Assembly: GCA_026770705.1 (NCBI GenBank)
Contig: JANJGN010000026.1
Span: forward strand, 40,114,001-40,178,000
DNA: 64,000 bases
Origin: Isurus oxyrinchus
Taxonomy: Eukaryota
Direction of reading: 5' to 3'
Shown: piece after piece, positions 1 to 11,319 of the stretch
How positions within the stretch are numbered: position 1 is the stretch's first letter
Layout of the letters: each line of letters begins with the position of its first letter
Notes under the pieces: generated by a model
Database searches by the model: none
Told to the model about the DNA's origin: nothing
What the model saw: the letters and a program-made list of their open reading frames with translations, nothing else
Translations under genes and position numbers: made by a program

Positions 1-430
1 GAAACTATATCGGCTTCAATGCAGTTTTCATTATTCTCTACTTCAGAGCGTAGTCGCTGAGTTGATGTTAGACTGAGGTTGCTAGATCTATGGGTATGAA
101 GAGACCTGGATTTAGTGCAGGAAGGTAGATGAGAGTTAGATAGGTAGATTAGAGATAGCTGGTGCTGCAGGGTCGAGAGACCGAATGCCCGACTCCAGCT
201 CTTGTTTCATATGTTCTTATGCTCTCTCTCCTTATTTGGAGCTCTCTGGCGTCACGAATTGAAGGAACTGTGAGCTGATTGGGTGAATTGAAGGACAAAG
301 AGCTGTGAACTCAGCTAGGAATAAACCAATCGGGCGCGGGACTGGATATTATTCAACATCTTCTTAACTCTTCACTAAAACAATTCTGGTTGGAATCAGT
401 CTATTCAAATCCACCATCGGCTCTGCAAAC

Positions 431-938
431 ATATTGTCTGTTCATTCTTCACAGCTGCGATTCTCTTAACTGGTAAATAGCCAAGTTACGCAATTTTCAT
501 TTTGCAGGCTATACTGGCACAGTGATCTTCCTTTTAACTATGTTTTCCTTTTATTTGTAAAGGGCTCCGTTAACATGATAACCCTGATTGTAACAGTGAT
601 AATAAAAAGTTGAAGTTCTGTACTTTGAATTTTCTGCAGACTCGGTGTTACAGGAGCCGGTTGCAGGGGCACAGTTTGAAGGAGACTCGCTGACCATTAA
701 TTTCAGCTATTCGACCACGATTGGTTTCTGCTTCTTGCAACTGTACCGTCAGGAAGGCGAGAGAGCCCCCACAATATTGACCTGTATCCCTTCCGCTGGG
801 GTTGTTTTCACTGCAGAGGGCGCGAGGGCTCGATCATCTGCATCTCTCGACACTTCCAGAAGTGAGGAGAATTTCGCCATCCGTGACCTGCGGCTGCCTG
901 ACAGCGCGGTGTATTACTGCGGGCTGAGAGACACAGTG
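431..938 (+). pseudogene. TCR alpha/delta-type V segment (non-canonical family), probable pseudogene
   Basis: Leader-like FFTAAILLT/G|GTAAAT (~431-472) with no in-frame ATG seen. Acceptor TTTCTGCAG ends at 639. Open V exon DSVLQEP...TINFSY...LQLYRQ...DSAVYYCGLR. Heptamer CACAGTG 932-938, but no nonamer at 23 bp (insertion versus the paralog). Paralog of 18858-19360. Confidence 0.8.
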
Positions 939-1997
939 ACAGGAACCAGAGGGAGCCTTCCTCGTAGAGGAACACTGCAGAAACGTGACCCGTTGAACGG
1001 AATGGCGGGTAGAGTGGGGAGGAACAAAGACTTTCAAAGCATCTAACCGGAATGTGCTCATTGAAAGTAAATCCAAATAAGTAACAACCGGCTAGCAGCA
1101 GGTGCGGCATTTCGAAATTTTCCATTTACATTGAATGCATTCTGAACATCATGTAAAATGTGTTCAGAAAATTCATCCCATTTTGTAAATGAGAGGTACA
1201 ACGGCAGAAATGCTGAGCAAAGTAGTTGACCTTATGTTCCAGCCGGTACAGGGGGTACATACAACACAAATGCAGCATCAGTTATATATCACTGAAGGGA
1301 CGCGCAGCAAAGAAGAACAAAGGCTTTGCATTTTCATGAAGCCTTATCTGGTGTGTTCATATTTCCCAAAGCGCATCCAGTGCTCAAACTTTCTGACATT
1401 GTTAAAAAAAAAGCTTTAGTATTCAGTCGGTTGTCTGAACATCTGTTCCGGTGCCTAAGACACAGCAGCCTGTCCTTGTCGATTATGCAATCTATTAATC
1501 ATTGTTCATCAGCTTCTAATCATGTCTTGAAAATAACCTCTTTGTGCCTGTTTATATTATAGATTCTTAATTTCAATATATGGAAGCAACTAATATTGAG
1601 AGATATTTAATGAGACCATTATCTTTATTCGGATCCTCCTCACCTGGTGGCCTTATGTCCCACAACTGGTTATTTCAACTTAAAAGAGAAACATTTGTTC
1701 CTTTGCCGTGAGTTATTTTATAAACAGCAGTGCACCGATATAAATGGATCCCGGCCACCTTCATGTGTTTGTATTCTCAATGGATATGGCGACCACTGAG
1801 ACATTCCCAAATAAACAACAGGATTCTGCCCCACACATTTAATACAGTAATCAGACTGAATCAATATTCAATGTGAGCGATTTTAGATGGTGCTTATGTG
1901 GATTGTGTCCGTACATGATGGACTGACGTGTCAGTGTCTGACCCGCTGTTATAAACATCCCTCAACAGACACCAGCTGTGCCCCAGAAAACTGCAGC

Positions 1998-2036
1998 AGT
2001 TATTGTGCGAGGTTTTCTCTCGTTCCCATCACTGTG
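1998..2036 (-). other. 23-RSS of V 2037-3077
   Basis: CACAGTG + 23 bp + ACAATAACT on the minus strand. Confidence 0.92.
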
Positions 2037-3077
2037 AGACTCTGTGCACAGTAATAGACCGCGGCGTCAGACAGCCGCAACTCCGAGATAGTCAATCGGT
2101 ACGACTTGTCCGTCTGCTGGACTGTATCAGAAAACCGGCTCTGAGCGAAATCCGCCTTAAATTCTGAACCGCCGCCCGGGAGCCTCCGGACTGCAAACTC
2201 GGGCTGTCTGCCTGGGTACTGCCGGTACCAGAATAAGTAATAAGCATCGTCGGTATAGGTGCAGTCTAAAGCGACATCTTCTCCCTCTGTCTTTGTGACT
2301 GAGGATTTCCGCTGAGTAACAGAAACTCCATCGCTCAGATCTGAAACACACGGTTAAAGAAAGAGGAAATCAGCGATTAAAACTTTCACGGAACAGAACT
2401 GAGGGTGAAAATTCACAGCCAGTGTTACATATATTAAATGTAATTTCGAGCATACAACAGTTCATTCGGCCTAAATGGTCCATCTCCGTGTTTCCATCCC
2501 CGAAGAGCATCCTCACTCTCCTAGCAAATCCTTCCAACCTTTTCTTCCTCTTCCACTTATCTCGTTTCCCTTCATTAAAACTAGAGTCTTTGTCTCAACT
2601 GCTCCTTGTAGCATTGAATTCCTTATTCTAAAAAGTAAAGATAATTGTCATCGATCCCTTATTGAGTCTTTTTCGTGACTCTTATATTTATAACTCATAC
2701 TTTAGAAATCCTCCACAAGTGGAATTATATTTTCCGTCGAACTCCTTAATCATTTTGAAGACCTCTATTCGGTTCCGCCTCAGTTTCTCTTTACCAGAGG
2801 GTAGAACCCCAGTCTGTACAGTTCTTGCTGAATTCCAGTACCATAATTGTAATTGGGTTTCTTTTCATTTTCTTTTGTGGTCTGTGTTCGTCTGATTAAA
2901 GACCAGAACATTTCCCCATAAATCCAAGTGTGGTCCGATCAAGATCCGAAACATGGTTAACATGAATTTTCCGCCTTTTAAATTGATTCTCCCAGAAATT
3001 AAGCCCACTTTTCAAATTTTAAACTTCTTACCGACAATGAATGTGACCCAGGCCATAGCGAGAACGGAGAGCCGCAT
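2037..3077 (-). CDS. Intact TCR alpha/delta V segment (leader 3077-3032, V exon 2340-2037)
   Basis: Leader MRLSVLAMAWVTFIV + GTAAG donor; acceptor TGTTTCAG. V exon DLSDGVSVTQRKSSVTKTEGEDVALDCTYTDDAYYLFWYRQYPGRQPEFAVRRLPGGGSEFKADFAQSRFSDTVQQTDKSYRLTISELRLSDAAVYYCAQS is open with canonical C, W and YYC. Confidence 0.93.
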
Positions 3078-3139
3078 TGCTGCTGCTCCGGGGAAGTTTT
3101 GTGTCTCAGAAGTCGGCAGAAGACCGGACAAGAAAAGCT

Positions 3140-3232
3140 GAGTCAATTGGCTGAGGCGGATCTGACGTCGCTTCCTGAGGATATGGGATCGAAAGAGCTG
3201 AAATCACTGGACCTGATTGGCCTGACGTGACT
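3140..3232 (-). promoter_or_regulatory. V promoter with two CRE-like TGACGT motifs and CCAAT boxes
   Basis: TGACGTCG (~3163) and TGACGTGA (~3223), each next to an ATTGG, 85-150 bp upstream of the leader ATG. CRE-like elements are typical of TCR V promoters. Confidence 0.55.
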
Positions 3233-4714
3233 CCAGCAGTCACGAGTCGGTGTTTATTACAGAGAACTGGGACATTAAGGGTGTATTCTCTCTCTGTGAC
3301 CTTATGAATTGGCATGGGGTCAGACTCTGACGTTCATCCATGTGGGACCTGGGTCAAATCCAGGCCAGGGAGAGGGTGATGGTCTCCAACTTGTGATTGG
3401 TTACAGGGTGTGCCAGCGGATCAAACACTGACCTTTCCCTCTCGATGAATTGGGTTCGAAACCAGTGGTTAGGACAATTATTATTTGTGATGGGCACGAA
3501 TCACATCAGTGGGTTTAATGTTCCTATTTCTCCTGTACTTAAATCGAGCTCATAAAATGAATAAAGTCCGCTTCGGGTTTTGGAAACGAAGACCTTACTA
3601 TTTTGCGGGGTGTTAGAAGCCGTTTTTGTGGTTGGGCCCAGATATGAACGACTTGTGCTGTTTGCATTGGCTGCACATTATGGACCAGAGCAACACCTGG
3701 CTCCCCATTCGCCTAAATACCTGTTTTTAAACCCGTCTGTGAGGAAGGTTTGGGGGAGAAACAGATTGAGGCTCAGGGAAAAAAACTGAGGGAGAGACAG
3801 AGTTGAATCACGATTAAACATCCGCAATCTATATTTGGCTTATGGTTTTCATAGCAGTTTTCATGAAACGGGTATTATACCGGGTGGTTAAAAGTCGCCC
3901 ATATTTCTATTGGTAAGCGGAACGGGCAAAGACCCTGGATTGCTTTCCGTCAAAGACATTATCGAGCCAGCTGGGACTTATGACCATCCAACAGTGTCGT
4001 GCCACCACCAGTACTAGCTTTAATCCAGGCGTTTATTTTATCAGCAGAAATTAAATTCCTCAAGTGCCGTGGTCTGAATGCAAATCAAGTAGTCGGATTA
4101 TTAAACCAGTTACCTCAGATTGCCAGTATGGTAACATAACCACAGAATGCGCGGGCCCATAGCTGCTCCAGTACACAAACACGGTGTGTGCGCTTCGTCT
4201 TGTGCTGATGTGTGGCAAATAGCGTTTTCCCGACAATTCACTAGATTCGCATATTACTGAATGATGTTCTTGCTTGATTATGCCGCGTTCTTCTTGTTCT
4301 TCTTACCCCTATTATAATATTCTTTAATACAGGTGAACCTATGCATGGAACCAGTACCAACTCCTGTTCAAATTCTAGTGATTGTCTTTGTTTATTTTCA
4401 AAATGCCAGGCATACCTGTTAATTCATGCTCGTTTTAAGCACATAAAAGAGATTGAAAGGCAGACATAGGTACGAAGACAGAGCCATTGACATGGAAAAA
4501 CATAGCGATACAGGAAGACAGCCAAATCAAGTTGTTGATGTACAATTAACATTAATTGGTGCACAACTGTCGTCAGTACTGAGAGACCAGGCAATCCTAT
4601 ACCTGTGAATCGCCCCCGAGTTTCCAAATGCAGGGTAAGTGAAGCCTCTCCCGGATATCCGTTTACTCTTTCATGTCGGAATAGAAGTCATTCTGTTAGT
4701 CTAAACCAGGCACC

Positions 4715-5075
4715 ATGTGACCCCTATATTCCTAATATTGGTCTTGCTGCCCGGTGAGTTTGTTTTTAATGATCAATGTCTCTTCCATGGATTATATTCA
4801 CCGTCAGATATTTAGTAAGTTCTGTAATGTGTTACAGAAACTATTGGCGAAGATGAATTGTCTCAGGGCCCCTCTGAATTAACAGCTCTGGAAGGGCAGA
4901 CCATAATACTGAACCGCAATTAATCGACAATTGGTGCTCGAACTCTCTCCTGGTGCGTCAAGTATCCCGGGATGCTCCGGGATATTTATTGAAGGTACAC
5001 AGCGCGGGAGATACGTCTCAGGATTTTTCAGACAGGTTCTCAGAAAATCATAGAAAGATAGCGGAGCTGAAAGAG
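4715..5075 (+). pseudogene. TCR V pseudogene (degenerate, 3' truncated)
   Basis: Leader-like ...LILVLLP|GTGAGT (to 4753); acceptor GTTACAG ends 4837; ELSQGPSELTALEGQTIILN then stops and frameshifts. Paralog of 19913-20379. Confidence 0.7.
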
Positions 5076-5430
5076 GTTACTTGGCGCATCATTGTCTGCG
5101 CCAGCTGAAAAACGAGTCACCCAGTCTAATTCCACTTTCCACTTTAAACTCCTACCACTTTAAATTGATCGCTGAGTTACCAGTTGAAATCAGCAAAATA
5201 TAAAAATGCAATTGCACAAGTGAGACTTGCCTGATTTTGCTAACTGTGGTTTTGTTACTATTTTGGTGGTGGTGGTGGGGATAGGGGGGTGGGTGGGGAG
5301 GGGGGGGGGGCGGTGGGCGGGTTGTGGTGGGGGATATCCCAGATATTCCCACTGTGGAGGCTGTTTGGGAGCTTTGTTTTGTCGGTGTGACAGCGCCCTC
5401 TGGCGAGCACCAACTGCAAACCCCAGTGTT

Positions 5431-5934
5431 GGTTTTTGTGTGGAGTCCGCTTTTCTCTGCAGCAGTGTGGATCTCATGGCACAGAAATACACGGCGGTGT
5501 CAGAGATCACGACCTTACCGATCGGTGATCTTGGCTGTTTTATCGAACGCAGAATTGGTGCGGGCAGCCAAACCTGGGTTGCAGTTTATTATGCCTCCAA
5601 TAATATAAAACATTTTCTGTGGAGGCTCCCCGGGATGCTGACTGTACCAGAGCACAGTAGGATTACCAGCGTTTGTTTTTAAGGTGCAGTTTAGGATGAG
5701 ATTGCCTTCCTCTTCAGCAACCTTTTCAAGAACCGACTGTTCCACTTTGTCTTGGCGGCTCAATTCTAACATAAAATAAGAATAAGAGACATCGATATTG
5801 TTAACATCATCATCATTTCACAAAACAGTGACATCTGGATGAGGGTGTTTCTGGGAATAATGAATTTTTCGTGGGCGTGAACACTTACTGAGAAGGGATA
5901 CAACGATGAGGAGCAGTGTGAGACGGTTCTGCAT
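5431..5934 (-). pseudogene. TCR V pseudogene with intact 23-RSS
   Basis: Leader MQNRLTLLLIVVSLL|GTAAG (5934-5889). V exon 5765-5470 reads ILNCTLK...LWYSQHPGEPP...ITDR* then frameshifted ISDTAVYFCAMR. RSS CACACTG-23-ACAAAAACC at 5469-5431. Confidence 0.88.
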
Positions 5935-6759
5935 GATGTTCGCTGTGTCTGTAACTGTGAAGTCAAGGGAAACCCTCTGTCGGAGCAGAAGTACAGAATC
6001 CCACCCCGAGTCCCCACTGAATTGCTCATCCAATCAATTCCAAGCAGAGAACAAAGGCAGCAAATTCTCCAATAATAAAGGGCAAGGAAGGGGGTGATGC
6101 TGACGACAGCAAACCGATGCTGTGGGCGGGGTTATAGCTGGTAGTGATATTACACAGTCAGATTCATCTGCAAACAAGTGAACTCAGGAGTAATGTCTCC
6201 TTCGAAAAGGATGTAACTCTGACTCTCTAGAACGGTTGTGGTAATTCATATTCATTCCATACTGGATACGAGTAAATTCGGGACAGGAGTATCAGGATTG
6301 TAATATTATTCAGTAATATGTAAATGTTTAATGAATAACCTCTCTTGAATCCAGGGCTAAATCTACAGGCATCGGGGTTGGACTGATTCTGAATTACTGG
6401 ACAGAGAATTTAGCAAAGGACCATCTACTTAAATTAAAGACTAAAAGAAGAAACTGTGCACAATTCTGTTTACCGAATGGAGACGGGATGATAAGAAACA
6501 AGTCAGCAGGGAAATGCGTCGATAAAGAAAAGTGGAAATGAGGCATTACATTGCCATTTGTAAAGCTCGCTTTAATTATACATTCAAATTTCAACGGCAA
6601 ACTAATCGAAACAGCTGTTCTTGATGAATGTTAAATGTTTAATGATCTTTTAACAAGGTTCACCTGATCTCACAGTGGGATTTGAATCATTCCTTCTGTT
6701 TTGACGGTGTGAGTGCGCCCTCTGCTCAGCGCAAACTGAAAAACTCTGTGAGTTGCAGT

Positions 6760-7278
6760 CTGGGACCCGCTTTCTCTCTGCAGCAGTGTTGGGCTCATGG
6801 CACATCAATACAAGGTGGAGTTGGAAATCAGCATGTTGCCGATCGTTAGATCAGTGATCTTGGCAGTTTTATTAAGCGTAGAAGAAACCCGATCAGTGAT
6901 CTCGCTGCTCCTGTGCACATTCTCTCCAATATGGTGAAACACCCACTCTGGAGGCTGCCTGGGATGCTCACTGTGCCAGTACACATAAAAGCTGTGATTT
7001 CTTGCTTTCAAAGTGCAAGTTTGTGCGAAATTAATTTTCTCTTCATCCATTATTTCATGAGCCGGCTGTTCCATTGTGTCCTGGTAGTTCCATTCTAACA
7101 TTAAAGAAAAGTAAAAACAATAGTCAGTCAACATAAGCGTCATGATCGCTGTCACCATTATTTGAACAGCAATGACATCTGGGTCACAGCAATCAGGAGG
7201 ACAATGGATTTTACCGGGAAGGAGATGCTTACTGAGAAATGATATATCAATGAGGAGCGGAGTGAAATTGTCCCCCAT
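6760..7278 (-). pseudogene. TCR V pseudogene, tandem paralog of 5431-5934
   Basis: Leader MGDNFTPLLIDISFL|GTAAG; V exon TCTLK...VYWHSEHPRQPP...SNSTLY*CAMS with TGA before the second Cys; degenerate RSS (AACACTG, no nonamer). Confidence 0.85.
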
Positions 7279-8531
7279 AATACGTCCTCAGTCTGCAACC
7301 TACGTGCCAAAACTCTTCTGTCAAAGCAGAAAGATAGATCTCCGTCCCACTGCACTGCTGACCCGAACAATGAAAAGAATGAATCAGCGTCAGTAAACTC
7401 TCCAATTACAATCGGTTCAGAGTGGGAGCAGGAAACGAAAGCTGCGGGCGGGGATACCGCAGACTCGATATTAAGTGAAGTGCACGGTGACTCTCAGCTG
7501 CTCTCTGAACTGAGGGAGCGGAAATAGCGACGGGTGAAATTTCACAACTTTGTGACAATCCTGCACCTGCTCACTCTTTAAGTGACAGAGAACAAATCGA
7601 GCAGAAGAGGCATGAATAAACTTGAATCATAGAATTTTAAACTATTGAATTAGACCATTTGCCATACCATCCCTGTGTCTGTTTGGAAGAGTTATCAAAT
7701 CGTCTTTCAACTCTTGCAATTTCCGCATGAGGGGCAAGTTTTCCCATTTTCAATGTACAAAACATTTCCTTCTGAAGGTTACGATTGAATATTCTTCTTC
7801 CATCCTTTGGGTCGTGCAGTTAAGATTTTGACACGGTGTATTAAGTGAATTTCATCTTTTTCTCATCTTTTTTTTTCTCTGAAAATGGGGCTCATGGGTT
7901 ATCGAATTTTCTGCTACTAGACACAATAATGCGTGATTTATTACATCAGACCTTTTATCATTTTGAGTACTTCAATTAATTATCTTCTTTAAATAGTTGA
8001 GAAAGGAATAACGCCCGTTTCCCTCGTCTGTTGACAGTTAAGGGCGTCACCCTTGGTACCTGCCTGGTGTATTACTTCTAATGTCTAACATCTGATATCT
8101 TGTCATTTTGTATGAATATTGGTCCCCTGATTTTTAAACAGTATCATGGAAAGAATTACATTACTTTCTGGCATAAACATAAAAAAAGCCTAGGTCTGAT
8201 CAGCTCCAAATTAAATATCTGGGAAACAATGTCTGACATGCATCTTTTAATATGTATACCAATGAACCCTCCACCCACTGAAAGGCCCCATTCTAAAATA
8301 AATCGAACAGAGCTCCCTGAAGAGCGCACTAAGTTCATTCATGTTGATTAGAAAGTCACGTGTGACCAACACCGGGGCCTATAAGGATGGTAGCCTGAGT
8401 GTAGTCACAACGTGCCTGGCCCCCTGCAGTGTGAGGTTGGAACAATGAGCTGATCAGAGCCTGGGTTCCCTCTCTCCTTCTCACTCTCTGGCCCAATGCA
8501 TTCACATTTACTGAGAGAGATTCCGTCAGAC

Positions 8532-8800
8532 ATGTTTCTGATAATACTGGCTGTGCTGTTGGACAGTAAGTACTGAATTATGTTCATCAAGGCTGGTTAG
8601 CAGGTTTGCATGAGCATTTATTGCGGCTAGCGATCGGGTACATGCATATTATAGACAGCTTTGTAGGTGAGGATTTGCACATACATACAGATAGACACAA
8701 GTTTAGAGTTAAGCTCGTGCTCTTTTGTTTATCTACCTCCAGAGTCGGACTATTTGCAGATCCAGTAACTCACTCTCCGCTGACACCAACTGTTTCAGAT
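8532..8800 (+). pseudogene. Probable V relic (leader + FR1) interrupted by a Penelope-like insertion
   Basis: MFLIILAVLLD|GTAAGT (8532-8565); acceptor near 8742; FR1-like ADPVTHSPLTPTVS ending where the PLE fragment begins; FR3-like VSLTIRTL near 9695. Confidence 0.4.
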
Positions 8801-9490
8801 GTGATAAAAGCAAAAATCTGCGGATGCTGGAAATCCAAAACAAAAATAAAAATACAAATACCTGGAAAAACTTAGCAGGTCTGACAGCATCTGCTGAGAG
8901 GAACACAGTTAACGTTTCGAGTCCGTATGACTCTTCTTCAGAACTAAGGAAAAATAGAAGAAATGTGAAATATAAGCTGGTTTAAGGGGGCGCACCTGGG
9001 GTGGGACAAGTAGGGCTGGATAGAGCGCCAAAAGATAACCAAAAGATGTCACAGCCGAAAGGACAAAGAGATGTTGACGGTGGTGATATTATCTATGAAA
9101 TGTGCTAATAGGTGACATTAAGGGTAGAAATCAGGACAAGCAAGGTACAGATAGCCCTAGTGGGGGTGGGGTGGGGAGCAGGGATCGAAATAAGCTAAAA
9201 GGTAGAGATAAAGCAATGGTTGGAAATACATTTAAGAATAATGGAAGTAGCTGGGAAAAGAAAAATCTATATTAATTATTGGAAAAAACGGGGATCGGCA
9301 AGGGGGTGGGGATGGAGGAGAGAGTTCATGATCTAAACTTGTTGAACTCAATATCAGTCCAGAAGGCTGTAAAGTGCCTTGTCGGAAGATGACGTGCTGT
9401 TCCTCCAGTTTGCATTGAGCTTCACTGGAACATTGCAGCAGGCCAAGAACGGACATGTGGGCATGACAGCAGGGTGGTGTGTTGAAATGC
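8800..9490 (-). mobile_element. Penelope-like element, 3' fragment
   Basis: Homologous to 11320-11980 (e.g. AATACCTGGAAAAACTTAGCAGGTCTG; ORF remnant HFNTPPC...SVLGLLQCSSEAQCKLEEQHVIFRQGTLQPSGL). Confidence 0.85.
8907..8945 (-). ncRNA. Minimal type I hammerhead ribozyme motif (PLE-associated)
   Basis: Minus strand AGTT-CTGAAGA-A-GAGTC-ATACG-GACTC-GAAAC-GTT-AACT: stem I AGTT/AACT, CUGANGA core, 5-bp stem II, GAAA, palindromic ACGT stem III, NUH site. Confidence 0.7.
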
Positions 9491-10089
9491 ATGTCCATCC
9501 TGCTCTCACTCACTTATTAGGGGACTCAGAGCCCTCTTCCAGGGAGATTGTTATCAAACTCCCAGTTCTTTGATGATGGCAGAGACTACAAATTGTCACC
9601 CTCTCCCTCAGAAGGCTTTTCTATGATCCTTATTGCGAGGTAACACATTGTGTCTCAAACGAACAGGAATTGGTGGCACCATCTGTCACTGAAGTGTCGC
9701 TAACAATCAGAACACTTCACTATGCTAAATTGGGCGAAGCTTTGATCCTTTTTCCATCGCTAGTACTTGTCGCCAGGTGCTGCACTGTTCAGTCTGGATA
9801 TTGTCTGTAACATTGTTGGATCCGCCTTGCTACAGTGATAATACAGGTCAATGATACAATGTCCCCTTCTGCAACAGCCGTTGACTGTCATGTTCCATCA
9901 CTGCCAGTTGCATTAGATATAATGTCGCATAATTAGTAAAATATAACGCAACTCCTTATAACATACAACAATAAAATATAAAATAACAAAATACAAGTTG
10001 ATAGAATACAGGAAAATGCAATCCAACAGAATATAGCGTAACTATATTTTATATATATGTACATATATACACATAAATATATTTAGAAC

Positions 10090-10350
10090 CCCGGCAAATC
10101 GGGAAATTTGAATTCAATACAAATCTGGGAATATGACGATGAAACCACTGTCAGTTGTCGTAAAAACCCATATGGTTCATTTATGCTCTATAGGGCAGGA
10201 AATCTACCATCCTTACTTGGCCTGGCCAACATGTGACTCCAGTCCCATAGCAAAGTAGTTGACTCTTAAATTACCCTGTGAACAAGGTCAGCTAGAGAAG
10301 GATGGGTAATAAATGGTGGCCCAGCCGGCGACGTCCACACACTATAAATG
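10090..10350 (+). mobile_element. Shark SINE/LINE-tail repeat (related copies ~21860-22130, 54690-54990, 57760-57990; reverse tails ~15530, 61640, 63000)
   Basis: Shared motifs GGAAATCT...CATGTGACTCCAG...GTGGTTGACTC...AATAAATG recur across the window. Confidence 0.6.
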
Positions 10351-11319
10351 AATAATATATGTTATACTGTGGTAATATAAATTGCACTATATACGATATT
10401 ATACTCATATTGTATCTAATGATGTGTGCTGCAATCACTTGGAGGATAGGGTGCGAAATCCAGAAAGGCCATCAATAAAATGAAGCTTAGCTTCATGTCG
10501 TGTCCTATCAACTTCGGTAAATTAATTCTCGGGAGATCCAGGTCAGGGTAGCTGCTTCTGAAGTCAGTGCTGTTGCGCATGAATCTTAACGAGCATCAGA
10601 ACGCTGTACCCGCTAGAAACAGGCTTCTGGGACTTCACCTCCCAGAGTGAAGTATGAGGGAGGTTCTCGTTCAGCTTTGGTGGAAGTTGGGTGGAGCGTT
10701 CCGCTCGTTATCCTGAATCAAACCGAATAATGGAAACAGAGAGAACACAAATCGTGAGCAATTATCTCCGTGATCCTTTCAAATTTGATCATTTAAACCA
10801 GGCCAGCAGGTGGCGCTGCCGGGTCGCTGTGTCTACCACAGGTCATATTGTCCCAAAGAATGCTGACTGGCATTTGCTTCGATCTAAATTCACAAAAAAA
10901 TATTATTTTCAGCCCTTCGATTTGAATTCATAATATTCTATCTTTGCTACTGTTAAAAATTTCATACCTTATTTGATTACTAATAAGCTAGTTACCTCAA
11001 GTTGACAGTTTGAAATTAAATACATTTGCCACTACATTGGATTACAATTCGGATTGGGTTCGGATTTTTCTGTCATCCAAAATTTGCTTTCACCCGCACA
11101 CTTCAACCGGAGCTCAATGGTGAAGGTATTTGCAGCTAAATAATAGCATTGGAATTCATTTCGCGAACCTGGGACTAACATGGTTTTCATAGAGAGGTGG
11201 AGTTATATCATTTTCAATGGGCATCTTAATATTGAAGCAACTTCCTCACGCCTGTTTTGACCATGTGCTGCACAGGTAAATGCTGCAATTAAACAGCGAC
11301 GACAGATATGATACCCTGA

